Shown here: positions 8,254 to 19,022 of the stretch, piece by piece
Numbering within the stretch: position 1 is the stretch's first letter
Layout of the letters: every line of letters begins with the position of its first letter
Source of the DNA: Accumulibacter sp.
GTDB taxonomy: Bacteria; Pseudomonadota; Gammaproteobacteria; Burkholderiales; Rhodocyclaceae
Length of the DNA stretch: 44,897 nucleotides
Assembly: GCA_031279425.1 (NCBI GenBank)
Contig: JAITIQ010000233.1
Span: forward strand, 1-44,897
Direction: 5' to 3'
The notes under the pieces: model-generated
The model's input: the letters and a program-made list of their open reading frames with translations, nothing else
Databases searched by the model: none
Told to the model about the DNA's origin: nothing
Made by a program: the position numbers and the translations under genes

Positions 8254-10074
8254 TCAACCCCCCGGCCTTTCCCACGAGTCCTTCAGCGTCACCGTGCGGT
8301 TGAAGACCGGCGCGCCTTCCCGTGAATCGACGTGGTCGGCGACGAAGTAGCCGTGCCGCTCGAACTGGTAGCTTGCTCCCGGCCTGGCGTCTTTCAGCGC
8401 CGGTTCCAGTTGCGCGGTGACGACCCGGACGCTGTCCGGGTTGAGGTCTTCGAGGAAATCGCGCTCGCCCGCTCCGGGCGCGGGATGGGCGAACAGGCGG
8501 TCGTAGAGCCGCACCCGGGCCGGGCAGGCATCCGCCGCCGCGACCCAGTGCAGATTGCCCTTGACCTTGTAGCGGTCGGCGCCGGGCGTGCCGCTCTTCG
8601 AATCCGGCAGGTATTCGCCATGCACGGCGACGATCTGGCCGTTGCCGTCCTTCTCGCAGCCGGTGCAGCGGATCACGAAACCGTGGCGCAGGCGAGCCAT
8701 GTTGCCGGGATAGAGGCGGTGATAGCCCTTTGTCGGCGTTTCCATGAAATCCTCGCGCTCGATCCACAGTTCGCGGCCGAAAGGCATCGCGCGCTTGCCG
8801 AGCTCCGGCTTCAGGGGGTGATTGGGCGCGAAGCATTCTTCACTTTGGCCCGCCGGGTAGTTGTCGATGACGAGCGGCAAGGGGTCGAGCACGGCGACGC
8901 GGCGTTCGGCCGATTCGTTGAGCACTTCGCGCATGCAGTCCTCGAACAGCGTGTAGTCGATCAGCGAGTCGGACTTGGAGACGCCGATGCGCTCGGCGAA
9001 CAGGCGGAAGCCTTCCGGCGTATAGCCGCGGCGCCGGGCGCCGACGATCGTCGGCATGCGCGGATCGTCCCAGCCGGCAACGTGCTTTTCCTCGACCAAC
9101 TGGATGAGCTTGCGCTTGGAGAGCACGACGTAGGTGAGGTTCAGGCGCGAGAACTCGATCTGCCGCGGCAGCGGGCGCTGCAACAGGCCACCCTCGGCCA
9201 GGCGCTCCAGCAGCCAGTCGTAGAACGGGCGCTGATCCTCGAATTCCAGCGTGCAGATCGAGTGTGTGATGTTCTCCAGCGCGTCCTCGATCGGATGCGC
9301 GAAGGTGTACATCGGATAGACGCACCAGCGGTTGCCGGTGTTGTGGTGCTCGGCATGGCGGATGCGGTAGATCGCCGGGTCGCGCAGGTTGATGTTGGGC
9401 GAGGCCATGTCGATCCTGGCGCGCAGGATGTGTGCGCCGTCGGGGAATTCGCCGGTCTGCATGCGGCGGAAGAGCAGCATGTTCTCTTCCGGGCTGCGCT
9501 TGCGGTACGGCGAATCCTTGCCGGATTCGGTGAGCGTGCCCCGGCTTTGGCGCATCTCGTCGGCGCTCTGGCTGTCGACGTAGGCGTTGCCGGATTCGAT
9601 CAGGTATTCGGCACAGGCGATCATCCAGTCGAAGTAGTCCGAGGCATAGTAGAGGTTGTCCTCCTTTTCGTCCTGCCAGGAAAAGCCCAGCCAGCGCACG
9701 GCGCCGATGATCGATTCGACGTATTCCCTTTCCTCCTTTTCCGGATTGGTGTCGTCGAAACGCAAGTGGCAGCGTCCGCCGTAATCGCGCGCCAGCCCGA
9801 AATTCAGGCAGATCGACTTGGCGTGCCCGAAGTGCAGATAGCCGTTCGGCTCCGGCGGAAAGCGCGTGCGGATGCGCGCTGGATCGAGCGGCCCGGCGAG
9901 CTGCTGCGGCGCGAGACCCGGTTTGCCGGACCAGCGGCGCTGGGCGTGCTTGCCGGCGGCAAGGTCGGCCTCGATGATGTTGCGGATGAAATTGGTCGCC
10001 TGCGCGCCAGTGTTCTCCCTGCTGTTTTTGGCTGCGTTGCCCACGGCTCGAATCCCCTGAATTTTCGAATCCAT
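8254..10074 (-). CDS. glnS: Glutamine--tRNA ligase
   Basis: TRFPPEPNGYLHFGHAKS (HIGH), LSKRKL, YQFERHGYF, C-terminal FNRTVTLKDSW. Confidence 0.97.
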   Translation of the reverse strand: MDSKIQGIRAVGNAAKNSRENTGAQATNFIRNIIEADLAAGKHAQRRWSGKPGLAPQQLAGPLDPARIRTRFPPEPNGYLHFGHAKSICLNFGLARDYGGRCHLRFDDTNPEKEEREYVESIIGAVRWLGFSWQDEKEDNLYYASDYFDWMIACAEYLIESGNAYVDSQSADEMRQSRGTLTESGKDSPYRKRSPEENMLLFRRMQTGEFPDGAHILRARIDMASPNINLRDPAIYRIRHAEHHNTGNRWCVYPMYTFAHPIEDALENITHSICTLEFEDQRPFYDWLLERLAEGGLLQRPLPRQIEFSRLNLTYVVLSKRKLIQLVEEKHVAGWDDPRMPTIVGARRRGYTPEGFRLFAERIGVSKSDSLIDYTLFEDCMREVLNESAERRVAVLDPLPLVIDNYPAGQSEECFAPNHPLKPELGKRAMPFGRELWIEREDFMETPTKGYHRLYPGNMARLRHGFVIRCTGCEKDGNGQIVAVHGEYLPDSKSGTPGADRYKVKGNLHWVAAADACPARVRLYDRLFAHPAPGAGERDFLEDLNPDSVRVVTAQLEPALKDARPGASYQFERHGYFVADHVDSREGAPVFNRTVTLKDSWERPGG

Positions 10075-10204
10075 TCATTTTAACCCAAATACCTTGGCCG
10101 GCTATGGAGCATATGGAAAATATAGCGAAAAAACAAAAACTTATCGAACATCACCCGACGAACTGACGAGCGCCATGAGTGGTCATGGCGGCCAGCGCCC
10201 GCCG

Positions 10205-10270
10205 GGAGGAAAGATGCGGCGGCACGCGAGCCCCCGGCTTGCATAACGGGCAGGCGATCAGCGCCGCTCC
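10205..10270. repeat. Dispersed REP/REPIN-like repeat family A, copy 1 (degenerate)
   Basis: 10205-10254 matches 26639-26688 at 43/50 nt, same orientation. Confidence 0.75.
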
Positions 10271-10306
10271 TTTGCGTGGCGGGAGCAATCCCGGCATTTT
10301 TCAAGC

Positions 10307-10882
10307 TCATCGACCGCCGTCACCCAGGCCGTCATCCGCCGGCAGCGCGCTCCACTCGTCGACGCGCAGCCTGATCTCGAAGACGCCGGCGCGCTCGGCG
10401 AAAAGACGCGCCGGGAGAGCTGCCGGATCGTCGTCGCCATAGCCGTATTCGATGTTCCAGTCCTCGAAGCGCAGCCGCAGCGGGCGCCCCAGCGCATCGC
10501 GCTCGACGGTCCCGGCGCCGTCGGCGCGGCCGCGGACCCAGTCGGCGAGACGCGCAAGCGGCAGACGATAGCCCAGCACCGATTCGGTCAGCGACGGTAT
10601 GTCGGGCGCCGTGAAGGCGCTGCCGTCGCTCAGGGTCAGGCTGGCCTGCCCGGGCGCGGCCATGATCCTGGCGATGCCCTGTCCGAAGGGCGAGGCGAGC
10701 AGCAGTTCGTCATTCTTCGCGGTGTGGCGCCAGGAAAGGCGTCCCGCATGGTTCTGCTCGTCCTGACGCAGCGAAAAGCGTCCTTCGAGCCGGAAATCCT
10801 CCAGCGCCTGCCGAGCCGGGCCCGCCGGCGGCATCGCCGCGCATCCGGTCAGCAGCGCGGCGCACCAAACCCATGCCTTCAT
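10307..10882 (-). CDS. lolB: Outer membrane lipoprotein insertase LolB
   Basis: Lipobox LLTGC; FRLEGRFS, LASPFGQ, LGYRLPL..LADWVRG motifs; downstream of TPR gene as usual. Confidence 0.9.
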   Translation of the reverse strand: MKAWVWCAALLTGCAAMPPAGPARQALEDFRLEGRFSLRQDEQNHAGRLSWRHTAKNDELLLASPFGQGIARIMAAPGQASLTLSDGSAFTAPDIPSLTESVLGYRLPLARLADWVRGRADGAGTVERDALGRPLRLRFEDWNIEYGYGDDDPAALPARLFAERAGVFEIRLRVDEWSALPADDGLGDGGR

Positions 10883-10887
10883 CGCCG

Positions 10888-12666
10888 TCAGGGAACGAGC
10901 CTGCGCACGGTCTCGGACAGGACGGCATTGGACGGGAACTTCTTCTGCACGTCTTCCAGCAGGCGCTGCGCTTCGTCCCGACGGCCCATCCTCCACAACA
11001 CTTCGCCGAGGTGGGCGCCGATCTCCGGATCCTCGCGCTGGTCCCAGGAACGTTCGAGATACGCCAGGGCTCCCGGCAGATCGCCCTGCCGGAAAAGCAC
11101 CCAGCCCATGCTGTCGAGGATGGCGGCATCGTCCGGCGCCATGGCCAGCGCCTTTTCGATCAGCCGCCGCGCCTCCGGCAGGCGCTCGTTGCGGTCGGCA
11201 AAGGCGTAGCCCAGCGCGTTGTACGCCTGGGGATCGTCCGGACGCAATTCGATCAGGCGGCGCAGGCGGTTCTCCATCAGATCCAGAAGGTTCAGCCGTT
11301 CGGCCAGCAGCGACGATTCGTACAGCAGGTCGGGCCGCTCGGGATCGTCGGCAAGCCGCTGTTCGAGGAAGTCGAAGGCTTCCCGCACAAGACCGGCCTC
11401 GCGCAGCAACGCCGCCTCGGCGATCTGCAGTTGGACCCGGTCCTCGCTACTGTCCGTCCGAGCGCCTCGGAGCAGGGCGCGTCCCTCGTCGATCTTCCCC
11501 TGCAGGAAAAGCAGACGGGCCTGCCTCGTCTTCGCCGCCGGATAGCGCTCGCCGGAGACGACCTGCGCGTAGCGGGACATGGCCTCGTCGATCCGACCGT
11601 CTTCCTCGGCGATCTGGCCGAGATAGAAGTACGCGGCGCTCTTGTCCCGCACCTCGAGCGTGACGAGGTGTTCGAGCTTCTCCTCGGCGAACGCCCGGTC
11701 GTCGGACTGCAACGCCAGCAAGGCGACCGCCTGGATGAGGTCCGGGTTGTCCGGGGCGTCCCGCAGCAGCCGGTCGAACTCGCGCTTCGCGTCGGCGTAG
11801 CGGCGTTCGCCGATCAGCACCCTGGCGAACAGCAGGCGAAGCTCCCCGGCCTCGGGATTGCGTCCCAGAAAGTCTTTCATGAAGGCGATGGCGTCCTCGC
11901 GCGATTCCCTCATCAGGAACTGCGTCTGGAGCAAGGCCGCCCTCTCCCAGTCCGGACGCAATTCGAGCGCCAGGCCGGCCTCGCGCCGGGCGCGTTCATT
12001 CATCCCCGCGCCGCTCGCCGCCGCCGCGACCGCGTAATGCGCCTCGGCGATTCCGAAAAATGGCTGGCACACCGTGTCGATCAGCCGGAAGACCGCCGCT
12101 CGGTCGGGGTGGCGCATGAACATGCGATTCAAACTCAGCAGGTTCCCCGGCAGCGCCGCCTTGTCGGACTCCAGCAGACGGATCAGGTGCGGCGCCGCTT
12201 CGCCGAGCCGGTTGCCCATGACCAGGACGCTGGCCAGCATTCTCAGGGCGCTTGGCGAGTCCGGCTCGGTATCGAGCCAGAGACGCGCGATATCCAGCGC
12301 GGCGTCATGGCGCCGGGCAAATCCGGCCACCTCGATCGCGCGTTCCATGACCTTCGGGTCGCGCGTGCGCTGCGCGAGGCTGGTGTAGGCCTGCACGGCC
12401 AGATCGACCTCGTTGCGCCGCAACGCGATCTCCGCCAGCAGCAGCTCGAAGACCGCCTGCCCCGGATCCGCCTCTGCCACCGCTTTGGACACGGCATCGT
12501 CGGTCGGCGGCCGGTCCGGGCGGACTTCGCGCGCGGGCGGCTTGCTTCCCGGAGAAGCAGCCACTTCGCCGGCATGAATGAAGCAGGGGAACAGGACGAG
12601 CGCGGCCAGACAGGCGAGCCCCCTCCGTCCGGCGCGCAGAAACAGGGACAAGGTCAAGGATTTCAT
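10888..12666 (-). CDS. Conserved periplasmic TPR protein upstream of lolB
   Basis: Signal peptide, TPRs, YNALGY..A.RNERL.EA, DSMGWVLFRQG, PEIGAHLGEVLW motifs. Confidence 0.85.
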   Translation of the reverse strand: MKSLTLSLFLRAGRRGLACLAALVLFPCFIHAGEVAASPGSKPPAREVRPDRPPTDDAVSKAVAEADPGQAVFELLLAEIALRRNEVDLAVQAYTSLAQRTRDPKVMERAIEVAGFARRHDAALDIARLWLDTEPDSPSALRMLASVLVMGNRLGEAAPHLIRLLESDKAALPGNLLSLNRMFMRHPDRAAVFRLIDTVCQPFFGIAEAHYAVAAAASGAGMNERARREAGLALELRPDWERAALLQTQFLMRESREDAIAFMKDFLGRNPEAGELRLLFARVLIGERRYADAKREFDRLLRDAPDNPDLIQAVALLALQSDDRAFAEEKLEHLVTLEVRDKSAAYFYLGQIAEEDGRIDEAMSRYAQVVSGERYPAAKTRQARLLFLQGKIDEGRALLRGARTDSSEDRVQLQIAEAALLREAGLVREAFDFLEQRLADDPERPDLLYESSLLAERLNLLDLMENRLRRLIELRPDDPQAYNALGYAFADRNERLPEARRLIEKALAMAPDDAAILDSMGWVLFRQGDLPGALAYLERSWDQREDPEIGAHLGEVLWRMGRRDEAQRLLEDVQKKFPSNAVLSETVRRLVP

Positions 12667-12803
12667 GGATTCCCGTTTCGCCGATCATGCCCGGGCCACC
12701 CGGGCGAGAAAGAGATTATCCTACTGAAAGGGCGCAATCCAAAGTGGAGGAGAAACCTTTCCACATCTTCCAGACGAAGCGCGGGCGCCCGGTTTTCCCC
12801 AAG

Positions 12804-12878
12804 CACCAGGCGGAGGAGAGGAAAACAAGCGGCTGTGGATGAAATGCGCGCAGGAGAGATCTGGTTTTTTACCATCTT
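12804..12878 (-). repeat. Dispersed repeat family B, copy 1 (degenerate)
   Basis: Reverse complement matches 37456-37530 at 61/75 nt without gaps. Confidence 0.75.
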
Positions 12879-13123
12879 CACTTCGAGTAAAGGCTTCTAT
12901 TTGTCAAGCTTGCTTTTCGCTTTCCGCCAATTCCAAGTGGCTCTAAACAGCGTCGATTCGTATCCATTTCGCGGGCGTGTCGGCATCAAGAACTTCATCA
13001 TGCCAGAAATGGCCGCCCGCTTACTCTCCGCGGAAAATTTCACTCAAAGCGCTGGTTTTGCAAAAGGCTCGCTATTTTTGGAATATCTCCTCCACAACCG
13101 CATGCTTGGCAAGGTAGACTGGT

Positions 13124-13152
13124 TTGTCTTTGGAATTCAAAACTGCTAGAAT
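13124..13152 (+). promoter_or_regulatory. Sigma70 promoter upstream of tRNA-Arg remnant and tRNA-His
   Basis: TTGTCT-17 bp-TAGAAT with extended -10 TGn. Confidence 0.6.
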
Positions 13153-13177
13153 TCCACCTTGTTACAGGCTTGACTTG

Positions 13178-13228
13178 CCGGCCTTCTAAGCTTGGGGGTG
13201 GTAAGTCCGAGTCTCGCCGGGCGAGCCA
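13178..13228 (+). pseudogene. Degenerate 3' half of tRNA-Arg(UCU), att-like duplicate inverted relative to the intact gene
   Basis: CCGGCCTTCTAAGC...GTCTCGCCGGGCGAGCCA aligns 44/51 with the anticodon-stem-to-CCA part of the tRNA at 13592-13641 (minus); no similarity to the 5' half. Confidence 0.85.
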
Positions 13229-13235
13229 GAACGAT

Positions 13236-13312
13236 GGCGATGTTAGCTCAGTTGGTAGAGCATCGGATTGTGATTCCGAGGGTCAGCGGTTCAAGCCCGC
13301 TACATCGCCCCA
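13236..13312 (+). tRNA. tRNA-His(GUG)
   Basis: G-1, acceptor GCGATGT/ACATCGC, C73, CCA; anticodon arm TCGGA-TTGTGAT-TCCGA; GGTTCAAG T-loop. Confidence 0.97.
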
Positions 13313-13352
13313 AACATATCGCCCCAAAAGATCCACTGAAATCAGTCACTTG

Positions 13353-13372
13353 GCTCGCTTTGGCGAGTTTTT
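13353..13372 (+). terminator. Weak intrinsic terminator after tRNA-His
   Basis: CTCGC-tttg-GCGAG-TTTTT. Confidence 0.45.
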
Positions 13373-13551
13373 ACACCGTTATCTCTGATGGACTCCTTGC
13401 GCGCCACCTCCGCTTCGCCCCGGAGCGATGTCGACGGCGATTTCGCCGGAGGAGCGCCCGAAGGGATTGATGCCCGGGCCGATACGGGAATGACGAATTC
13501 CGACTTGATCAATGTTTCGTTAGAACATGAGAAACAAAACCAGCAAGAAAC

Positions 13552-13583
13552 AAAACGGGTTAGCCGTTTATCGCTAACCCGTT
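13552..13583 (-). terminator. Terminator-like hairpin after tRNA-Arg
   Basis: AACGGGTTAGC-8 nt-GCTAACCCGTT with U-tract on the minus strand. Confidence 0.65.
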
Positions 13584-13591
13584 GATTTTAC

Positions 13592-13668
13592 TGGCGCGCC
13601 CGGCGAGACTTGAACTCACAACCCCCGGCTTAGAAGGCCGGTGCTCTATCCGGTTGAGCTACGGGCGC
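13592..13668 (-). tRNA. tRNA-Arg(UCU)
   Basis: GCGCCCG acceptor, anticodon arm CCGGC-CTTCTAA-GCCGG, encoded CCA. Confidence 0.96.
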
Positions 13669-13701
13669 GAGACTCCGGGCGTCGGGGCAACATACGAGAA
13701 C

Positions 13702-13778
13702 TGGTCGGGGCGGTGAGATTCGAACTCACGACCCTCTGCTCCCAAAGCAGATGCGCTACCAGGCTGCGCCACGCCCCG
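13702..13778 (-). tRNA. tRNA-Pro(UGG)
   Basis: CGGGGCG acceptor, anticodon arm TCTGC-TTTGGGA-GCAGA, encoded CCA. Confidence 0.97.
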
Positions 13779-13789
13779 AGGAAATGCGC

Positions 13790-13818
13790 ATTCTACCCAT
13801 CGCTTCCGACACGGTCAA
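13790..13818 (-). promoter_or_regulatory. Sigma70 promoter of tRNA-Pro/Arg
   Basis: Minus strand TTGACC-17 bp-TAGAAT just upstream of tRNA-Pro. Confidence 0.75.
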
Positions 13819-13918
13819 TCATGAAATTGGGTCGAGCAGGTTCGGTATCCTCAATGCTTGCAGTGTTGCCGCATTTCTGATATTTAATCGCCTCTCCGCA
13901 AGAAGGATGATCTTGAAG

Positions 13919-14344
13919 ATGCCCGAAGAATCGTTATCCGGACAGTTCGCCCCTTATGTCCCCAGGAAGGGCGAGGAATACATGAGCGAACGGCAACTGG
14001 CTCATTTTCGATCCATCCTTGAAAACCGCAAGGCGGATCTGATACGGGACATCGAACGGACCGTCCATACCATGCAGGACGAAGCCACGATATTCGCGGA
14101 TCCGAACGATCGTGCCAGCCAGGAAACCGACATCGCCATCGAACTGCGCAACCGCGATCGCGGACGCAAGATGATCAAGAAGATCGAGGATACGATCGCC
14201 TTGATCGACAGCGGCGATTATGGCTATTGCAGCAGCTGCGGCGCGGAAATCGGCATCAAGCGGCTGGAGGTGCGGCCGACGGCGTCATTGTGCATCGACT
14301 GCAAGACACTGGAAGAAGTGCGCGAAAAGCAAGTCGCCAAGTAG
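13919..14344 (+). CDS. dksA: RNA polymerase-binding protein DksA
   Basis: EEYMS..QLAHF, ADPNDRASQE coiled-coil tip, YGYCSSC...LCIDCK zinc finger; alternative start 13907. Confidence 0.95.
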   Translation: MPEESLSGQFAPYVPRKGEEYMSERQLAHFRSILENRKADLIRDIERTVHTMQDEATIFADPNDRASQETDIAIELRNRDRGRKMIKKIEDTIALIDSGDYGYCSSCGAEIGIKRLEVRPTASLCIDCKTLEEVREKQVAK

Positions 14345-14366
14345 GGCGGCCCTGCGCGCCGTCCGC

Positions 14367-14394
14367 AAAAAAGGACGCCGAGGCGTCCTTTTTT
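14367..14394. terminator. Bidirectional intrinsic terminator between dksA and pnp
   Basis: AAAAAAGGACGCC-ga-GGCGTCCTTTTTT. Confidence 0.9.
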
Positions 14395-14428
14395 GATGGC
14401 TGGCCGGCAGTATCGGCGCGATCGCGCT

Positions 14429-16567
<2,139 letters not shown>

Positions 16568-16648
16568 TATTACCTCTCGGTCAGTTCTTTGCGCACCCAC
16601 GACGCCGGCGCGCGATTCATCGATACGCCTCGAAGGCGAAGCCACAGC

Positions 16649-16680
16649 GTAGCGGACCTTCCCGAGGGAAGGTCCGCTGC
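16649..16680 (-). promoter_or_regulatory. Strong stem-loop in rpsO-pnp spacer (terminator or processing site)
   Basis: GTAGCGGACCTTCCC-ga-GGGAAGGTCCGCTGC. Confidence 0.55.
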
Positions 16681-16731
16681 AACTCGTTCAAAAGGGGGGA
16701 ATATCCGGCGCACGGCGGCTTGGCCGGCGAT

Positions 16732-17001
16732 TTACTTGCGCAGGCCGAGACGCTGAATCAGCGAGCGGTACGAATCGACGTTCGTCCGCTTCAGGTAGTC
16801 CAACAGCTTGCGGCGGCGGCTGACCATGCGCAGCAGGCCGCGGCGGGAATGATGATCCTTGATGTGTTCCTTGAAATGCTCGGTCAGGTCATTGATACGC
16901 GCCGTCAACAGCGCGATCTGGACTTCCGAGGAGCCGGTATCGCCGGCGGCGCGCTGGTATTCACTCATGATCTGCGCTTTTTGCGCAACGGTGATCGCCA
17001 T
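16732..17001 (-). CDS. rpsO: 30S ribosomal protein S15
   Basis: 89 aa; [28 protein letters not shown]. Confidence 0.98.
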   Translation of the reverse strand: MAITVAQKAQIMSEYQRAAGDTGSSEVQIALLTARINDLTEHFKEHIKDHHSRRGLLRMVSRRRKLLDYLKRTNVDSYRSLIQRLGLRK

Positions 17002-17098
17002 GTCAAACTCTCTTTCCTTGATTGCGGCGCCGCCCCGGTTTGATAGAGCCTGCGCCCGGTTGAAAAACAAGCATCCTGCTTGGCGAGAAGAAGAGTGG

Positions 17099-17127
17099 AT
17101 TATAGCGCCGGGCCGTTCGGTGGACAA
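17099..17127 (-). promoter_or_regulatory. Sigma70 promoter of rpsO-pnp
   Basis: Minus strand TTGTCC-17 bp-TATAAT. Confidence 0.75.
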
Positions 17128-17283
17128 GGGCGGGCAACCAGGCGATCGCATGGGAACGGAACGAAGCCGGCGCCAGCGTAGCCAAAATCTCCGGGCGATC
17201 GCTCGAGGCGAACCGATCGGCTGCCGCTGTTTTGCCGCCGTCCCGCGCTACCATGTCGTTTTTCTACCCGCATCCTTCATGCC

Positions 17284-17661
17284 ATGTATCCGAATCTTGC
17301 CGTGGTCTGTCTGTGCGCCGAATGGTGCGGAACCTGCCGGGAATACCGTGCCGGGTTCGAAGGCTTGGCCCGACAGTTTCCCGACGTGAGGTTTCTCTGG
17401 CGGGACATCGAAGAGGACGCCGAGCGCCTGGAGGATCTCGAGATCGAGAATTTCCCGACGATCTTGGTGCGCCGCCGGGAATGGGTGCTTTTTTTCGGCG
17501 CCATGCCACCGCAGGTCGGACACCTGCGTCGGCTGATCGAAACTTTCCTCTGGCAGACAGCTGAAGAGAGCCGGCGCCACGCGCTGTCTACCCCGGAACG
17601 AAGCGCCTGGCAGACGGACCCGGATCTCAGGGATCTGGGGCGTGATGCCGGGGACTGCTAG
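17284..17661 (+). CDS. Thioredoxin-family protein
   Basis: CLCAEWCGTC active-site motif, DIEE, ENFPT. Confidence 0.85.
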   Translation: MYPNLAVVCLCAEWCGTCREYRAGFEGLARQFPDVRFLWRDIEEDAERLEDLEIENFPTILVRRREWVLFFGAMPPQVGHLRRLIETFLWQTAEESRRHALSTPERSAWQTDPDLRDLGRDAGDC

Positions 17662-18041
17662 CGCAAGGTTCGTCCCGGCGAGGGTGGGGACCCGATTCGT
17701 TTTTCGGATTTTTCGGCGCCTGGTGTCCCTTCCGCCAGATCGTCGGCCATCTTCAACAGCCTGGCGCGATTCCTGGCGTTCAATCTGTCGAATTTGAAAA
17801 TCCACTCCGCCAGCGCGTCGTCGGTGGCGTAGAAAAAGGCGGCCGGTATCCCCATGACCTTGGCCAGCCGCTCCTCCGTGCCGAAATCCGGCCAGTGCTT
17901 GCCGCGCTCATACTGGTTGATGCGCGCGCTGGCCGAGTATTCGTCGATGTGCGCGGCCACGCCCAGTTGCATCTGTGTCAGGCCCGCCTGAAGGCGAGCC
18001 TGTTTCAGGCGCGAGGCGAAGATCGTGGGAGCGGTCATCAT
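17658..18041 (-). CDS. XRE-family HTH transcriptional regulator
   Basis: RLKQARLQAGLTQMQLG...SARINQYERGKHWPD; start 18041 or 18038. Confidence 0.9.
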   Translation of the reverse strand: MMTAPTIFASRLKQARLQAGLTQMQLGVAAHIDEYSASARINQYERGKHWPDFGTEERLAKVMGIPAAFFYATDDALAEWIFKFDRLNARNRARLLKMADDLAEGTPGAEKSEKRIGSPPSPGRTLR

Positions 18042-18058
18042 GAACGAAGCTTCCGAAA

Positions 18059-18110
18059 ACTCAGAGAATCTGAGTTTTTTCTTGACCGCAAACTAAGGAA
18101 TCCTTAGTAT
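18059..18110. promoter_or_regulatory. Two 17-bp palindromic operators overlapping a sigma70 promoter
   Basis: ACTCAG-agaat-CTGAGT (18059-18075) and ACTAAG-gaatc-CTTAGT (18092-18108); plus-strand TTGACC(18082)-17 bp-TAGTAT(18105). Confidence 0.75.
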
Positions 18111-18203
18111 TCGCCGTTATGATCTTCGGGTCCGGGTGTCATCGGACGCTTGCGGGTGCGGGCGGTGGAATCCGGTGATGGTCTTCTTTCAAGGAAAAAT
18201 AGT

Positions 18204-19022
18204 ATGGTGACGAAATACAAGGCAGTTTTCATCGGCGTAGTGCTGGTTGCGTTGTCAGGCTGCGGCGTTCCGGCTCGCTATGCGGACAGGCCGTACCCCA
18301 CGCGCTTCGACAGGATCGAGCAACCCAAATTGCAAAGCGCGGGCCACTGGCAGGCCATCGCGGCCAATGTCGCGCAGGATGTCGTTGCCGATCTCGGGCA
18401 AAAGAATCTCATCAAGGCACCGATCTACATCCCCCGCGATCAGGATGATTTTGCCTTCGTGGAAGGGTTCACCGAATTGCTGACCACTTCGCTGGTAGCG
18501 CAAGGGCTAGATGTGCGTACCTGTATCCAGCGCACGTGCGGCGGCACGAACGCGACGGGTGATGCGCCGAACGCCCTGGTGCTGGACGTGCGCTATTCCG
18601 CGTATGCGTTCCAGCCCAGGGACATTTATTACACAGGTCAGGCGACCACGCTGATGGCGGGGCTTTTCACCGCCGGCGGAATCATTGCCGGCGGCTCCAG
18701 CGTAGGGGTGAGTGATGGCGGACCTCTGGAATTTCCACCTTATAGATATTTGTCATGGGGCGCCAAACTCCTCGGCGTTACCGCACTGGCAGACGCGTCT
18801 TTCTGGGCATCACACAATTTCGATACCGGACCGGATGGCAAATACATGGGACAGGTGCCGAAGACCGAAATCCTGGTGACGGCCTCGGTCACTCAGGGCG
18901 ACCGGATCGTCGTGCGGCGCAGCAACGTGTATTTCACTTCGGATGAGGATGCCGCGCTGTATTGGAACCAACGGCCTAGTCCGGTGCCGGTCACGACCTT
19001 GCCGGTGAAGGGAGAGAAATGA
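18204..19022 (+). CDS. Uncharacterised lipoprotein
   Basis: AAGGA RBS, lipobox LSGC, Q.KLQSAGHW motif; ATGA overlap with next gene. Confidence 0.8.
   Translation: MVTKYKAVFIGVVLVALSGCGVPARYADRPYPTRFDRIEQPKLQSAGHWQAIAANVAQDVVADLGQKNLIKAPIYIPRDQDDFAFVEGFTELLTTSLVAQGLDVRTCIQRTCGGTNATGDAPNALVLDVRYSAYAFQPRDIYYTGQATTLMAGLFTAGGIIAGGSSVGVSDGGPLEFPPYRYLSWGAKLLGVTALADASFWASHNFDTGPDGKYMGQVPKTEILVTASVTQGDRIVVRRSNVYFTSDEDAALYWNQRPSPVPVTTLPVKGEK

Noticed and set aside
8332-10083. Long antisense ORFs (583 aa here; also 10873-13149, 14393-16213, 34991-37456, 38470-40833)
   Set aside because: Shadow ORFs opposite well-conserved genes, expected in high-GC DNA; no motifs
10179-10442. Similar short peptides REERCGGTRA.. 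(10179 and 26604) and ..PARIS..AACFPL (12881 and 37459)
   Set aside because: Translations of non-coding DNA repeats, not a protein family; similarity ends at the repeat edges
13152-13228. A second functional tRNA-Arg
   Set aside because: 5' acceptor strand and D-arm are absent; anticodon and T stems are disrupted
13388-13585. 65-aa ORF between the tRNAs as a possible integrase or excisionase
   Set aside because: No recognisable motif or RBS; too weak to call
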